From Acidimicrobiia bacterium (GTDB lineage Bacteria; Actinomycetota; Acidimicrobiia; Spongiisociales; ZC4RG35): 64,000 bases of DNA. The notes under the pieces are model-generated. The model was not told where the DNA came from. It saw nothing but the letters and a program-made list of their open reading frames with translations, and made no database searches. A program made the translations under genes and the position numbers. Location of the stretch: contig DATKCE010000017.1 in the NCBI GenBank assembly GCA_035513335.1, forward strand, positions 13,255 to 77,254, read 5' to 3'. Shown here piece by piece: positions 18,121-27,930 of the stretch. Position 1 is the first letter of the stretch; each line of letters begins with the position of its first letter.

Positions 18121-19098
18121 TCAGAACTGCACGGCCGCCGCGGCCCAATGGAACCCGGCGCCGAACGCGGTCAACACCACGAGGTCTCCCGGAGCGATTC
18201 GCCCCGAATTGACCGCCTCCCACATGGCAAACGGAACCGTGGCCGAGCCGGTGTTGCCGTACTCATGGATGTTGACGTAGACGGTTTCCTCGCCCAGGCC
18301 GAGCTTCTTGCGCACCGCCTCGATTATCCGGAGGTTCGCCTGATGGGGGATGACGAGTTGCACATCCGCCAGCGACATGCCGACCTTGTCGACGACATCG
18401 GTCGCCGCCTCGGACATCCTCTTCACCGCCTCGACGAAGATCTTTCGACCGTCCATCACCAGCCGGTTGTAATCGCCGCTGGCCAACGAATGGGCATTGA
18501 AGGGGTTGCGGGTCCCTCCAGCGGCCAGGGTCAGTATCTCGGCGGATCCTCCGTCCGTACCCGCCACCACCCCGAGCACCTCCGCCCGGCCCGCGTCCGG
18601 CCCCATGACCACCGCGCCGGCACCATCGCCGAACAGGATCGCCGTAGCCCTATCCTCCTGGGAGATCATCCGGGAGATGACTTCGACTCCGATGACCAAG
18701 ATCCGCTTGGGGTCGACCAGGATCCGTGAGCGTGCCACATCCAGCGCCTGGACGAACCCGGCGCAGCCGCTACCGCCCAGGTCGTAGGTGGGAATGTTCC
18801 GACAGCCGAGACGATGCTGGACCAAGGCGGCGGTGTCAGGGGTCATCATCTCGGGAGTGTCTGTGGCGAGGACGATCTCGTCGATGTCGTCTGGGGTCAG
18901 GTCCGAGTCCTTGAGTGCGGCCGCGGCAGCATCGGCGGCGAGGGTCATCGTGGTCTCGTCCTCTGCGGCGTAGCGGCGTCGCTTGATGCCGGTGCGCCGA
19001 GTGATCCACTCGTCGCTGGTGTCGACCAGCTTCGCCCAGTCGTCGTTGGTCACCACTCGCTCCGGCGCGTATCCCCCGAACCCGAGAATGTGCGTCAC
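18121..19098 (-). CDS. fabH: 3-oxoacyl-ACP synthase III
   Basis: Cys-His-Asn triad contexts CAGFVQAL, IPHQANLRI and EYGNTGSAT. GTG 19098 gives the usual N-terminus VTHILGFGGYAP. Confidence 0.85.
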   Translation of the reverse strand: MTHILGFGGYAPERVVTNDDWAKLVDTSDEWITRRTGIKRRRYAAEDETTMTLAADAAAAALKDSDLTPDDIDEIVLATDTPEMMTPDTAALVQHRLGCRNIPTYDLGGSGCAGFVQALDVARSRILVDPKRILVIGVEVISRMISQEDRATAILFGDGAGAVVMGPDAGRAEVLGVVAGTDGGSAEILTLAAGGTRNPFNAHSLASGDYNRLVMDGRKIFVEAVKRMSEAATDVVDKVGMSLADVQLVIPHQANLRIIEAVRKKLGLGEETVYVNIHEYGNTGSATVPFAMWEAVNSGRIAPGDLVVLTAFGAGFHWAAAAVQF

Positions 19099-19172
19099 GG
19101 TTTCCAGATTAGGGGCGGGAGGACCGGCTGCGCGGGTGAACTCGAAGCTGTGCGCCTCATGTCCGCATCCAA

Positions 19173-20321
19173 CTAACCGAGGCTCGAATGATCGGGGACC
19201 TTGGCGGTGAGCCACTCGACACACAGGCCGGAGAAGGCGCGCGTTCGGAGCGAGGCGACGGCGTCGAAGCCATGCTGGGCTCCGGGAACCTCCAGATACT
19301 CGACATCCACACCTGCGGCGCGCAATACGGCCACGAAGTGCTCCGACTCCGCCTTGAGGACCAGGGAGTCGTACTCGCCGTGCACGACGAGGAATGGGGG
19401 AGCCCCAGCATGGACCTGGTCGATCGGAGAGCCCAAGCGGTAGAGATCGGGGGCCTCCGCCGCCGGCGCCTTCATCACGGTGGTGGCGATGAACGGCCAG
19501 TCGTACCGGGTGGGATTGCGGATCAACAGGTCATATATCCCATAGAACGGGACACAGGCGACGACTGAGACGTCGGCGTCCTGGAAGCCGGGCTGCAATC
19601 CCGTCTCGTCCGCGGTCAGCGCGGCGAGAGCGGCCAGATGCGCACCCGATGATCCCCCCGAGATGACGACCCGTCCCGGATCGATTCCTAGGCGGCGACC
19701 CTCGCCCTTGGCCCAGGCGATGGCGCGTTTCACGCCGACGAGATGCTCCGGGAACGTGGCGTCGGGAGATAGCGGATACCTGATGTCGAGAATCACCCAG
19801 CCCCGCTTGGCGAGACGGTGGAACATGGCACGCGCCTGCCGACCGGGTCGGCCTCGCATCCAGCTTCCCGGATGGACATAGATCAGGGTCGGTGCCCCCA
19901 CCAGACCGGGGCGAGCGTAGATGTCGAGGGTGAACGAGTCCCAGTAGATGATCTGCTCGGCTCGTTCGACACCTAGAGGCAGCCGCTCCCACACCTTGAA
20001 GAGGGTCCACAGGGAGGGCGAGCGCCCCGTATCCCGGGCGGCCCTCAGCGTCCGTGCCATGAGCACGATCAGGCCCAACTCCGACACACCGAACAGCCAG
20101 ATCCCGGCGACTCCGATCGCCCGGTCGGCAGCGCCCAGGGCCAGGAACCCGGCTGCGATCGAGGCCCGGAGCAAGAAGTAGAGAGGTGCCAGTTCGGAGA
20201 TGAGCATGGCGGGAAGCCAGAGTGGGGGGAACCGACGGTGTGGCGGCACCGGCCGTCTCAGCGCATTGACCGTCCATATGCAGGCGGCTGCGAACCAGGT
20301 GAAGAAGAACGCCGAGATCAC
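19173..20321 (-). CDS. Membrane-anchored alpha/beta hydrolase (esterase/lipase-like)
   Basis: Several N-terminal TM helices. HPGSW oxyanion-like region. GxSxG as GGSSG. Confidence 0.7.
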   Translation of the reverse strand: MISAFFFTWFAAACIWTVNALRRPVPPHRRFPPLWLPAMLISELAPLYFLLRASIAAGFLALGAADRAIGVAGIWLFGVSELGLIVLMARTLRAARDTGRSPSLWTLFKVWERLPLGVERAEQIIYWDSFTLDIYARPGLVGAPTLIYVHPGSWMRGRPGRQARAMFHRLAKRGWVILDIRYPLSPDATFPEHLVGVKRAIAWAKGEGRRLGIDPGRVVISGGSSGAHLAALAALTADETGLQPGFQDADVSVVACVPFYGIYDLLIRNPTRYDWPFIATTVMKAPAAEAPDLYRLGSPIDQVHAGAPPFLVVHGEYDSLVLKAESEHFVAVLRAAGVDVEYLEVPGAQHGFDAVASLRTRAFSGLCVEWLTAKVPDHSSLG

Positions 20322-20455
20322 AGCCGTTTTCGCGCATCAAATGGCGGGTCTTCAGCGCAACCGATGCGCGAAAGCGGGTCGGGGACGGCATCCGCAAGGG
20401 TCATCGACGACGAAGTTAGTGGGGGAATCCCTGGTCCTAGTGTGATCCGAGCCTC

Positions 20456-21448
20456 ATGCCGTCCAACCCGCTCCTACGCCGCTCGTTGACCGTCACTTCG
20501 GTGGTGGTCGGCTTCGCCGTTCTGACGACTCTCGGCCCGGTGCTCGCCCTGGTCGCGGCCGTCGTCGATCTGGCACGCCGCGTCGTGACTGATCGTCCCG
20601 CCATGGCTCTGCGCTCGCTGGCTTTTCTCTGGGTCTACCTGCTCGGAGAGGTCTGGGCTTTGGGCGGTCTCGCCGTCACCGCCCTTTTTCCGACCCGAGC
20701 CCGCACCGAGACCACATACCGGCTCCAGGACAAATGGGCCCGATGGAACCTGATTGCACTGCGATGGCTGTTCTCCGTCCGGTTCGATGTGACCGGTGAG
20801 GAGACCCTGTTGCCGGGACCCATCGTGTTGCTCTCCCGTCATGCCTCCATCGTGGACACCCTGCTCCCGGCGCGCTTCGTGGCCAGACCGACGGGCCTTC
20901 GCCTCAGGTACGTGCTCAAGAGGGAAATCCTCGTCGACCCCGCCCTCGACATCGCCGGGAACCGTCTCCCCAACGTCTTCGTCGATCGCGCCTCTCGTGA
21001 CCTCACTGAGCGGAAGGCGATCGAGTCCCTGGCCGAGGGAATGGGCGCGGGTGACGGGATCCTGATCTATCCCGAGGGCACCCGGTTCTCAGTGGACAAG
21101 CTGGCCCGGGCCCAGCGACGGGTTCCGGCGGAGGGCAACCACGTCGAGCTGATCTCCGGGCTTCGCCGGGTGCTTCCCCCCAAGCCGGGCGGGACACTCG
21201 CGATCCTCGACGCCACCGACGCCGATGTGATGGTTCTGGCACATCGTGGCCTGGAGGGTCTCGCCACGCTGAAGGAGATCTGGCGGGGCGACCTGGTCGG
21301 ATCCCGAGTAGATGTGGTCCTGTGGCGGGTTCCTCGGGAGCAGATCCCGCAGTCGCACGCCGGACGCGTGCAGTGGCTCTACCGACTATGGGCCCAGGTC
21401 GACGAGTGGGTGGTGGCCGCGGGCCCAGTCGATGAGACACCGGCGTGA
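20456..21448 (+). CDS. Lysophospholipid / glycerol-3-phosphate acyltransferase family protein (PlsC-like)
   Basis: HX4D motif HASIVD and YPEGTRF. Stop overlaps the photolyase GTG. Confidence 0.75.
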   Translation: MPSNPLLRRSLTVTSVVVGFAVLTTLGPVLALVAAVVDLARRVVTDRPAMALRSLAFLWVYLLGEVWALGGLAVTALFPTRARTETTYRLQDKWARWNLIALRWLFSVRFDVTGEETLLPGPIVLLSRHASIVDTLLPARFVARPTGLRLRYVLKREILVDPALDIAGNRLPNVFVDRASRDLTERKAIESLAEGMGAGDGILIYPEGTRFSVDKLARAQRRVPAEGNHVELISGLRRVLPPKPGGTLAILDATDADVMVLAHRGLEGLATLKEIWRGDLVGSRVDVVLWRVPREQIPQSHAGRVQWLYRLWAQVDEWVVAAGPVDETPA

Positions 21449-22790
21449 CCTCCCTCGTCTGGCTGCGCCGCGACGTCCGGCTCGACGACAACCCGGCCCT
21501 CGCCGCGGCCGCGCAGAAAGGTGCCGTTTGTGTTCTCTTCGTCATCGATCCGGGGCTGTTCGACCGATGCTCGCCGCGACGTCGCGATCTCCTCCTCGCC
21601 GGCCTCGCCGATCTCGACGGACGACTCGCCGAGAAGGGGGCCGACTGCGAGTGGAACACGGCGATCCCAGCCTGGTGGTCCCGGCGGTGGCCGAGGCCCT
21701 GAGCGCAGAAGTCGTCCACGTCAACTCGGAGGTAACCCCGTATGGGCTGCAGAGAGACCATCGAGTCGGGGCACGCTGCGAGCTGATCGGCCACGAAGGG
21801 GTCTACGTCCATCCGCCGGGCTCGATACTCACCAACCAGGGAGACCCATACAAGGTGTTCGCTCCGTTCTTCCGTAAGTGGAGAGACCCCGAGGTGAGGC
21901 CGATCTCGATTCCCGACGGGACACGGTTCCTGGCCCATCCCGGCACCGGCCTGCCGGAGTCGGACCCACCGGCTGTCGAGTCCGGCGAGACCGGGGCGGT
22001 GGCGAGACTGGGGGACTTCCTCGAGCGCATCGATCGTTACAACCACGAACGCGATCGCATCGACCTCGATGGCACCTCGCATCTGTCGGTTGACTTGAAG
22101 TTCGGGTGGGTCGGACCGCGACGTGTCGTCGCAGAGGTGGAGAAGAGGTCACCCGAGGCGGGATTCGAGTACGTGCGACAGGTGGCCTGGCGTGACTTCT
22201 ACGGCCATTTGCTCGCCACCCACCCTGAACTGGCAGAGAAGTCGCTCGACGAGCGATACCGGTGTCTGGAGTGGCGCGACGACCCTGATGAGATCGCCAG
22301 TTGGAAACGGGGGGATACCGGATATCCCCTGGTCGACGCGGCGATGCGCCAACTCGTGGCCGAAGGTCGGATGCACAACCGAGCCCGTATGGTCGTGGCC
22401 TCGTTCCTGGTCAAGGATCTCCTGGTCGACTGGCGGATCGGCGAGCGCTTCTTCCGACACCATCTCATCGACGGGGACGTCGCCCAGAACTCCGGCAACT
22501 GGCAGTGGGTGGCAGGCACCGGCACCGACGCCGCCCCTTACTTCCGGGTGTTCAACCCGGTCACCCAGTCGGAGAAGTTCGACCCCGACGGGAAGTACAT
22601 CCGCCGCTGGGTACCGGAGCTGTCCGAGATTCCCGACGATCTCATCCATGCCCCCTGGGAGTGCGATCCCCTCGAACTGCTCTCATATGGAGTCGAGCTG
22701 GGCAAGGACTACCCCCATCCGATCGTGGATCACGGCATGGCCCGGGCCAGGGCCATCGCGGCCTACGAGACGGCGCGGGGCTCCCGGTAG
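21445..22790 (+). pseudogene. phr: Deoxyribodipyrimidine photolyase interrupted by a 1-nt frameshift at a G5 run (21636-21640)
   Basis: The N-terminal 65 aa ([16 protein letters not shown]...) are in the frame of ORF 21445-21702. The rest ([11 protein letters not shown]...WRDFY...[13 protein letters not shown]...[11 protein letters not shown]) is in the frame of ORF 21312-22790. Adding a sixth G joins them. Confidence 0.85.
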
Positions 22791-23836
22791 AGAGCAGCGC
22801 CGTAGTGGGCGCCGGCACCGAAGGCGGCGAAGCACACCAGGGTCCCGGGTGGGACCTGGCCGGCCGACCGCAATTCGTGGTAGAGGATGGGCAAGGTGCC
22901 GGCGGTCGTGTTGCCATAGGCGCCGATGTTGGAAGGCACCTTCTCCGCTCCCATGCCGAACTGTTTGCGGACGCCGTCGAGAATCCGATCGTTGGCCTGG
23001 TGGGCGACCACCACGTCGACGTCGTCGAGATCGAGACCCGACTTGTCGAGGACCGACCGCGCCGCCTCCGGCATGAGACGAACGGCGCTGCGGAACAACC
23101 CGGCCCCGTCCATACGGGGTAGATGCTGATCCGTCTCGACGTCGGCGACCGACACATACGGCCGGGACTTGGAGCCGATTCCAGGCACCCAGATCAGCTC
23201 GAACGACTCACCGTCGGTGTGCAGCGACGTTGCCAGGATGCCCTCACCGTCGTCCTCACCGGCACGGAGCACCATCGCTCCGGCGCCGTCTCCGAACAGG
23301 ACGCTCCAGGCGCGATGGGCGGTGTTGCGCGTGTAGTCGTCGTCGCTGACCTCACCACTCGGGCCTAGGACGGCACGCCAGGACTCCTCGCTCCATGGTT
23401 GGAATCCGGCGTGGACCTCGGCACCGACGACCACCACCGTCTCTGCCCGCCCGCTGGTGATCAGGGCGTCGGCGAGATCGAGGCCGTAGAGAAAGCCGCT
23501 GCATTGCTGTCGGAGGTCGTAGGCGGCGATATGGCCCATCCCGGCTTCGGCCTGGACCAGCCCGGCTATGCCGGGAGCCAGGTAGTCGGGGGTCATGGTG
23601 GCCGTGATCAGAGCACTCACGGAGTCGGGAGTCACCCCGGCATCATCCAACGCCGCTGCGACGGCCCCCACTGCGAGATCGGATGACCCGACGCCAGGAT
23701 CGACGAACCTTCGCTCCTTGACTCCGGTCCTCGTCGTGATCCAGTCGTCGGTGGTGTCCATGATCCGGGCCAGGTCGTGGTTGCTGACCACGTTCTCAGG
23801 TATCGAGGTGCCGGTCCCGGCTATGACGGCGCCCAT
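22763..23836 (-). CDS. KAS III-like condensing enzyme (second FabH paralog)
   Basis: [17 protein letters not shown] and AYGNTTAGT triad contexts. ATG 23836 overlaps the SDR stop by 1 nt. Confidence 0.8.
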   Translation of the reverse strand: MGAVIAGTGTSIPENVVSNHDLARIMDTTDDWITTRTGVKERRFVDPGVGSSDLAVGAVAAALDDAGVTPDSVSALITATMTPDYLAPGIAGLVQAEAGMGHIAAYDLRQQCSGFLYGLDLADALITSGRAETVVVVGAEVHAGFQPWSEESWRAVLGPSGEVSDDDYTRNTAHRAWSVLFGDGAGAMVLRAGEDDGEGILATSLHTDGESFELIWVPGIGSKSRPYVSVADVETDQHLPRMDGAGLFRSAVRLMPEAARSVLDKSGLDLDDVDVVVAHQANDRILDGVRKQFGMGAEKVPSNIGAYGNTTAGTLPILYHELRSAGQVPPGTLVCFAAFGAGAHYGAALYREPRAVS

Positions 23837-24771
23837 CAACGCTCCACCCCGGAGAGGTCGGGTAGGTCGCACCCGGTGATCTCGACGAGTCGCTCCCATA
23901 ACCGCTCCCTCTCCTCGGGCGTCTCCCGAGTTCCATCCAAGAAGTGTTTGGGCACGACCTCCCGGTCGAACCACAACTCACCGGACTTCTCAGCCGGCTC
24001 AGGAGCCGCGGCCAGCCAGACCATGGTGTCAGCTCCCTGTTTCGGGCTGCGGAGGAGCGGTCGCATCAACGTGTTGAAGATGGGTAGCGATGTGGCGACC
24101 CCACCGGTGCCGGCCCAACCGGGATGCATCACGTGCAGGCTGACTCCGGTCCCGTCCAGGTGTCTCGCCCACATTTCGGTGAGTATGACCTGACCCCGCT
24201 TCGCATGTGCGTATGCCGCGGTCCCCTTGTACTCCCGGCTCTCGAACTGGAGATCATCGGGTCGGATCCGTTCCGAGTACATCCCACCCGAGGTCATGCT
24301 GACGATCCGGGACGGGGCGGAGTCGATGATCTTCGGGAGTAGGAGGTTGGTGAGCAGGAAGTGACCGGCGAGGTCGGTGGCGAAGGTCGTCTCCAGACCT
24401 TCTTCGGTGACCTGGCGCTCGGGCAACAGGACCCCGACATTGTTGATCAGGACATCGATGCGCTCCTCCTCGTCGAGGAGCCGACCGGCTAGCTGGCGGA
24501 TCTCGGACATGAGGCTCAGGTCGGCCCGATATCCGACGACTTCCCCGGTGATCTCCCTCTGCGCGACCGCGAGTTTGTCGCCGCTGCGACCGACGACGAG
24601 TGTCCGCGCCCCTAGTGCCGCCAACCCCTCTGCGCCGGCCCGACCGAGACCGCCGGTGGCGCCGGTGATCACCACCGTCTGCCCGGTCATGTCGGTGTCC
24701 ACCGGTTCGTGGTCCCTCGAATGCAACCAGTAGCCGATGTTGGTGAATGAGGGGACGGTGAGGAGACTCAT
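23836..24771 (-). CDS. Short-chain dehydrogenase/reductase
   Basis: TGxxxGxG as ITGATGGLGRA. Catalytic YAHAK. Confidence 0.85.
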   Translation of the reverse strand: MSLLTVPSFTNIGYWLHSRDHEPVDTDMTGQTVVITGATGGLGRAGAEGLAALGARTLVVGRSGDKLAVAQREITGEVVGYRADLSLMSEIRQLAGRLLDEEERIDVLINNVGVLLPERQVTEEGLETTFATDLAGHFLLTNLLLPKIIDSAPSRIVSMTSGGMYSERIRPDDLQFESREYKGTAAYAHAKRGQVILTEMWARHLDGTGVSLHVMHPGWAGTGGVATSLPIFNTLMRPLLRSPKQGADTMVWLAAAPEPAEKSGELWFDREVVPKHFLDGTRETPEERERLWERLVEITGCDLPDLSGVER

Positions 24772-25196
24772 CGCTCCAGAGCTCGAACCAGACCGTCGAG
24801 CGTCTTCTCCCCGACGCCACGCAGGACAGGAGACATGAGGGGCGCGACGAAGCGAATCCAGTTGGTGAAGGTGATGTCGGCGGTGTAGTCCACGAGAGTT
24901 CCTCCATCCCGGGCCCCTAATCGGATCTCATCGATGGCCTCGATCGTGTCTCCCTTGCCGTGGAGAACCACCCGGGAGTCCTGCTCCCAGTCGGTGATCT
25001 CGTACGTCATCGGGATCTCCCTCGAGCCGAAGGCGACCATGACGTCGTATCGCGCCCCCACCCCAGGAGGCCCGTCGTCGATCCGGCGTGAGGATGCCAC
25101 TCCCGGGTCCCAGTTCTCGGCGTTGGCGAAGTCGGCCGTGAAGGCGAAGACCTCTTCGAGTGGCCGGTCGATCTGACGTGTCTCGTGCAGTCTCAT
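24768..25196 (-). CDS. SRPBCC (polyketide cyclase/START-like) family protein
   Basis: MRLHETRQIDRPLEEVFAFTADFANAENWDPGV is typical of the SRPBCC family. Overlaps the SDR start. Confidence 0.7.
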   Translation of the reverse strand: MRLHETRQIDRPLEEVFAFTADFANAENWDPGVASSRRIDDGPPGVGARYDVMVAFGSREIPMTYEITDWEQDSRVVLHGKGDTIEAIDEIRLGARDGGTLVDYTADITFTNWIRFVAPLMSPVLRGVGEKTLDGLVRALER

Positions 25197-25410
25197 GTGA
25201 ATCCTTTCGTGGCCGCCGCCGACCATGGATGACTCGCCGGCGCCCGATCACGAACCTAGTGGTGCGTCGCTGAAATAGGGTGAGGGTGTCTCCGAGTCAT
25301 CGGCGTCCTCAGGCAAGGAGAAAAGCGCAGTCGCAGCCGGGAGCTGCGGCGAGCATTTTGGACGCCGCCAGGGGCGTCGAGGGCCGGAGAGACCCCGCCA
25401 GTACTTCTGC

Positions 25411-25432
25411 GACGCACCACTAGTGGTGCGTC
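25411..25432. promoter_or_regulatory. 22-bp perfect palindrome GACGCACCACTAGTGGTGCGTC (candidate operator)
   Basis: Read directly. Lies 14 nt upstream of ATG 25446, in the divergent intergenic region. A third arm copy ctagtggtgcgtcgc is at 25256-25270. Confidence 0.6.
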
Positions 25433-25445
25433 GTATCCTGAGATC

Positions 25446-27101
25446 ATGAGCCAAACCCATGAAGTGCTCAACCAACCTCCGCCGCTCGAGGGTTACAACC
25501 TCTACCTGAGCGACCCCGTTCTGGACCGTGCCGTCGCCCGGGAGGGCGGAAAGGACGCTCGCGACACCCTGATCGAGTTCGGGGCGACCGCAGGCTCGGC
25601 GAGGTATTACCGCTGGGGTTTCGAGGCCGACCGCAACAATCCCAGGCTGGTCACTCACGACAGGTTCGGGCATCGGGTCGACGTGGTGGAGTTTCACCCC
25701 GCTTGGCACCGGTTGATGGAAACCGCGGTCGCCAACGGGCACCACAGCCTTCCTTGGGAGGACGACCCGCCCGAGGGCGCTCATGTCGTGCGGGCGGCGC
25801 TCACCTACATATCCGGTCAGGTCGAGGCGGGCCACAACTGCCCGATCTCCATGACCTATTCGGTCATTCCCGCTCTCCTCACGACACCGGAGGTTGCCGG
25901 CGAGTGGGTGCCCGGCATCGTCAGTCGCACCTATGACCCCTCCTTCCAGCCTCCGTCGGACAAGGAGGGGCTGCTCCTGGGCATGGGCATGACCGAGAAG
26001 CAGGGCGGGTCGGACGTCCGCGCAAACACCACCCAAGCGGAGCCGTTGAACGGTGGAGGACCGGGAGGCGGATATCACATCACCGGGCACAAGTGGTTCA
26101 CGTCGGCCCCGATGTGCGATGCCTTCCTGGTGCTGGCCCAGGCCCCAGGGGGGCTGTCGTGTTTCCTGCTCCCCCGATGGACCCCCGAAGGAGAGTTGAA
26201 CCGGTTCCACATCCAGAGGCTCAAGGACAAGCTGGGCAACCGGTCCAACGCCTCGTCCGAGGTCGAGTTCGACCAAGCCTGGGCGGTCATGGTCGGTGAG
26301 AAGGGCCGTGGTGTGCCCACCATCATCGAGATGGTCAACGGCACCCGGCTCGACTGCGTCATCGGCTCGTCTGCGCTGATGCGCCAGGCCGTCTCCCAAG
26401 CCGCCTGGCACGTCTCCCATCGGGCAGCGTTCGGCTCGAAACTCATCGACAAGCCGTTGATGCAGAACGTCGTCGCCGACCTCGAGGTGGAAACCGAAGC
26501 GGCCACATCGATGATGACGCGTCTCGCCGGTGCCTTCGACCGCGCGAGTGACGATCCGGCCGAGGCGGCGATGAAGCGAATCGCCCTGCCCATCGCCAAG
26601 TATTGGGTGACCAAGCGAACCAGCGAGACCGTGAGGGAGGCGCTGGAGTGCCTCGGTGGCAACGGCTATGTGGAGGAGTCGATCCTGCCCCGGCTCTACC
26701 GGGAGTCACCGCTCAACGCGATCTGGGAGGGTTCGGGAAACGTCATCGCATTGGACGTGCTCCGGGCGGCGAGCCGGTCTCCTGACAGCCTTCAGATGTT
26801 CCTCGCCGAGCTCGATCTGGCGTCCGGCCTGGATACCAGGCTCGACCGGGCCATCGAGGGAGCGAAATCGGCCATCGGGGGAGCCGACGACCTCGAGTTC
26901 GAGGCCAGGAGAGTCGTCGAGCGACTGGCGATCACCTGGGCCGGCTCACTCTTGGCGCGCCACGGCGAACCTGTTGTGTTCGAGGCCTTCGCCGCCTCCC
27001 GTCTCGGCGGCGACCACGGCTCGTTCTTCGGGACACTTCCGCCTGGCACACCCGTCGCCGACATCCTCGAACGCGCCGTACCGCAGGCGACGGACTCTTA
27101 G
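25446..27101 (+). CDS. AidB-like acyl-CoA dehydrogenase
   Basis: 551 aa. MTEKQGGSDVRANTTQAEP and the C-terminal ACAD fold are typical of the AidB subfamily. Confidence 0.8.
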   Translation: MSQTHEVLNQPPPLEGYNLYLSDPVLDRAVAREGGKDARDTLIEFGATAGSARYYRWGFEADRNNPRLVTHDRFGHRVDVVEFHPAWHRLMETAVANGHHSLPWEDDPPEGAHVVRAALTYISGQVEAGHNCPISMTYSVIPALLTTPEVAGEWVPGIVSRTYDPSFQPPSDKEGLLLGMGMTEKQGGSDVRANTTQAEPLNGGGPGGGYHITGHKWFTSAPMCDAFLVLAQAPGGLSCFLLPRWTPEGELNRFHIQRLKDKLGNRSNASSEVEFDQAWAVMVGEKGRGVPTIIEMVNGTRLDCVIGSSALMRQAVSQAAWHVSHRAAFGSKLIDKPLMQNVVADLEVETEAATSMMTRLAGAFDRASDDPAEAAMKRIALPIAKYWVTKRTSETVREALECLGGNGYVEESILPRLYRESPLNAIWEGSGNVIALDVLRAASRSPDSLQMFLAELDLASGLDTRLDRAIEGAKSAIGGADDLEFEARRVVERLAITWAGSLLARHGEPVVFEAFAASRLGGDHGSFFGTLPPGTPVADILERAVPQATDS

Positions 27102-27107
27102 CGCCCC

Positions 27108-27133
27108 GTTTACCACCGGCCTCGGGCGGGTAG
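27108..27133 (+). promoter_or_regulatory. SigB/SigF-type promoter motif GTTTAC-N14-GGGTAG
   Basis: Read directly. The -10 ends 31 nt before the GTG 27165 of dodecin, with AAGGAG between them. Confidence 0.6.
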
Positions 27134-27164
27134 TGGCATGACACGGCGAGAGAAGGAGAAAACC

Positions 27165-27365
27165 GTGTCAGTCGCGAAGGTCATCGAGCTCAACGCACGC
27201 TCAACCGACAGCTTCGAGGATGCGATCAAAGAGGCCATTGTCAAGGCGGGAGAGACCGTCGACAACATCGAAGGCGCCTGGGTGAAAGAACAGAAGGTCG
27301 TCGTCGAGAACGGCGCCATCACCGGATACGACGTCAATCTCAAGATCACATTCGTAGTTTCCTGA
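27165..27365 (+). CDS. Dodecin (flavin-binding) family protein
   Basis: AAGGAG 6 nt before GTG 27165. 66-aa translation VAKVIELNARSTDSFEDAIKEAI...GYDVNLKITF matches the dodecin family. Confidence 0.8.
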   Translation: MSVAKVIELNARSTDSFEDAIKEAIVKAGETVDNIEGAWVKEQKVVVENGAITGYDVNLKITFVVS

Positions 27366-27379
27366 CCTGCTGAGCCATC

Positions 27380-27901
27380 GTGTGGTTCGACAGTTGGGAG
27401 TCATTACTCCGGATCCTCGTTCATGGGACCCTGGGCTACATCGCTCTCGTCTTCATGCTGCGGTTGAGTGGCAAACGGACTCTGTCGAAGATGAACGCCT
27501 TCGACTTCGTAATCACCATCGCCCTCGGCTCTGTCTTCGCCACACTTCTCATCTCCGACATGGTTCCACTTGCCGACGGCGTGGTGGCCATTGCACTTCT
27601 GGTGACTCTGCAGTGGGTTGCATCCTCCATCTATGTGAGATCGGAGCGTTTCGAGTCGATCGTGAAGGGCACTCCTCAACTCGTCTACTGGAAGGGCGAT
27701 TACCTCGAGGACGTGCTGCGCCGGGAAAGGATCACCCACGAGGAGGTCCAGGCCGCGATGCGGGGCAACAGCATCGCGAATGGCAGCGGCGCGGCAGCCG
27801 TCCTCGAGACCGACGGCAGCCTCTCAGTGGTCCCTCTCGGGAATGGTGAAGGGGTCGAGGCGATGGAGCGGGTCCGGTCACCCGGCGATCGACCCATCTG
27901 A
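27380..27901 (+). CDS. DUF421 (YetF-like) membrane protein
   Basis: N-terminal TM helices with LRLSGKRTLSKMNAFDFVITIALGS, followed by a soluble C-domain. Confidence 0.7.
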   Translation: MWFDSWESLLRILVHGTLGYIALVFMLRLSGKRTLSKMNAFDFVITIALGSVFATLLISDMVPLADGVVAIALLVTLQWVASSIYVRSERFESIVKGTPQLVYWKGDYLEDVLRRERITHEEVQAAMRGNSIANGSGAAAVLETDGSLSVVPLGNGEGVEAMERVRSPGDRPI

Positions 27902-27930
27902 GCCTGCCGGTGACCGGGCAGAGCAAGGAC

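Noticed and set aside
20326-20351. A possible twelfth stress promoter, GTTTTC-N14-GGGTCT, upstream of the acyltransferase gene.
   Set aside because: The -10 deviates at the conserved A, and the start codon is about 100 nt away. It is kept only as a weak candidate inside the inverted-repeat finding and is not listed as a feature.
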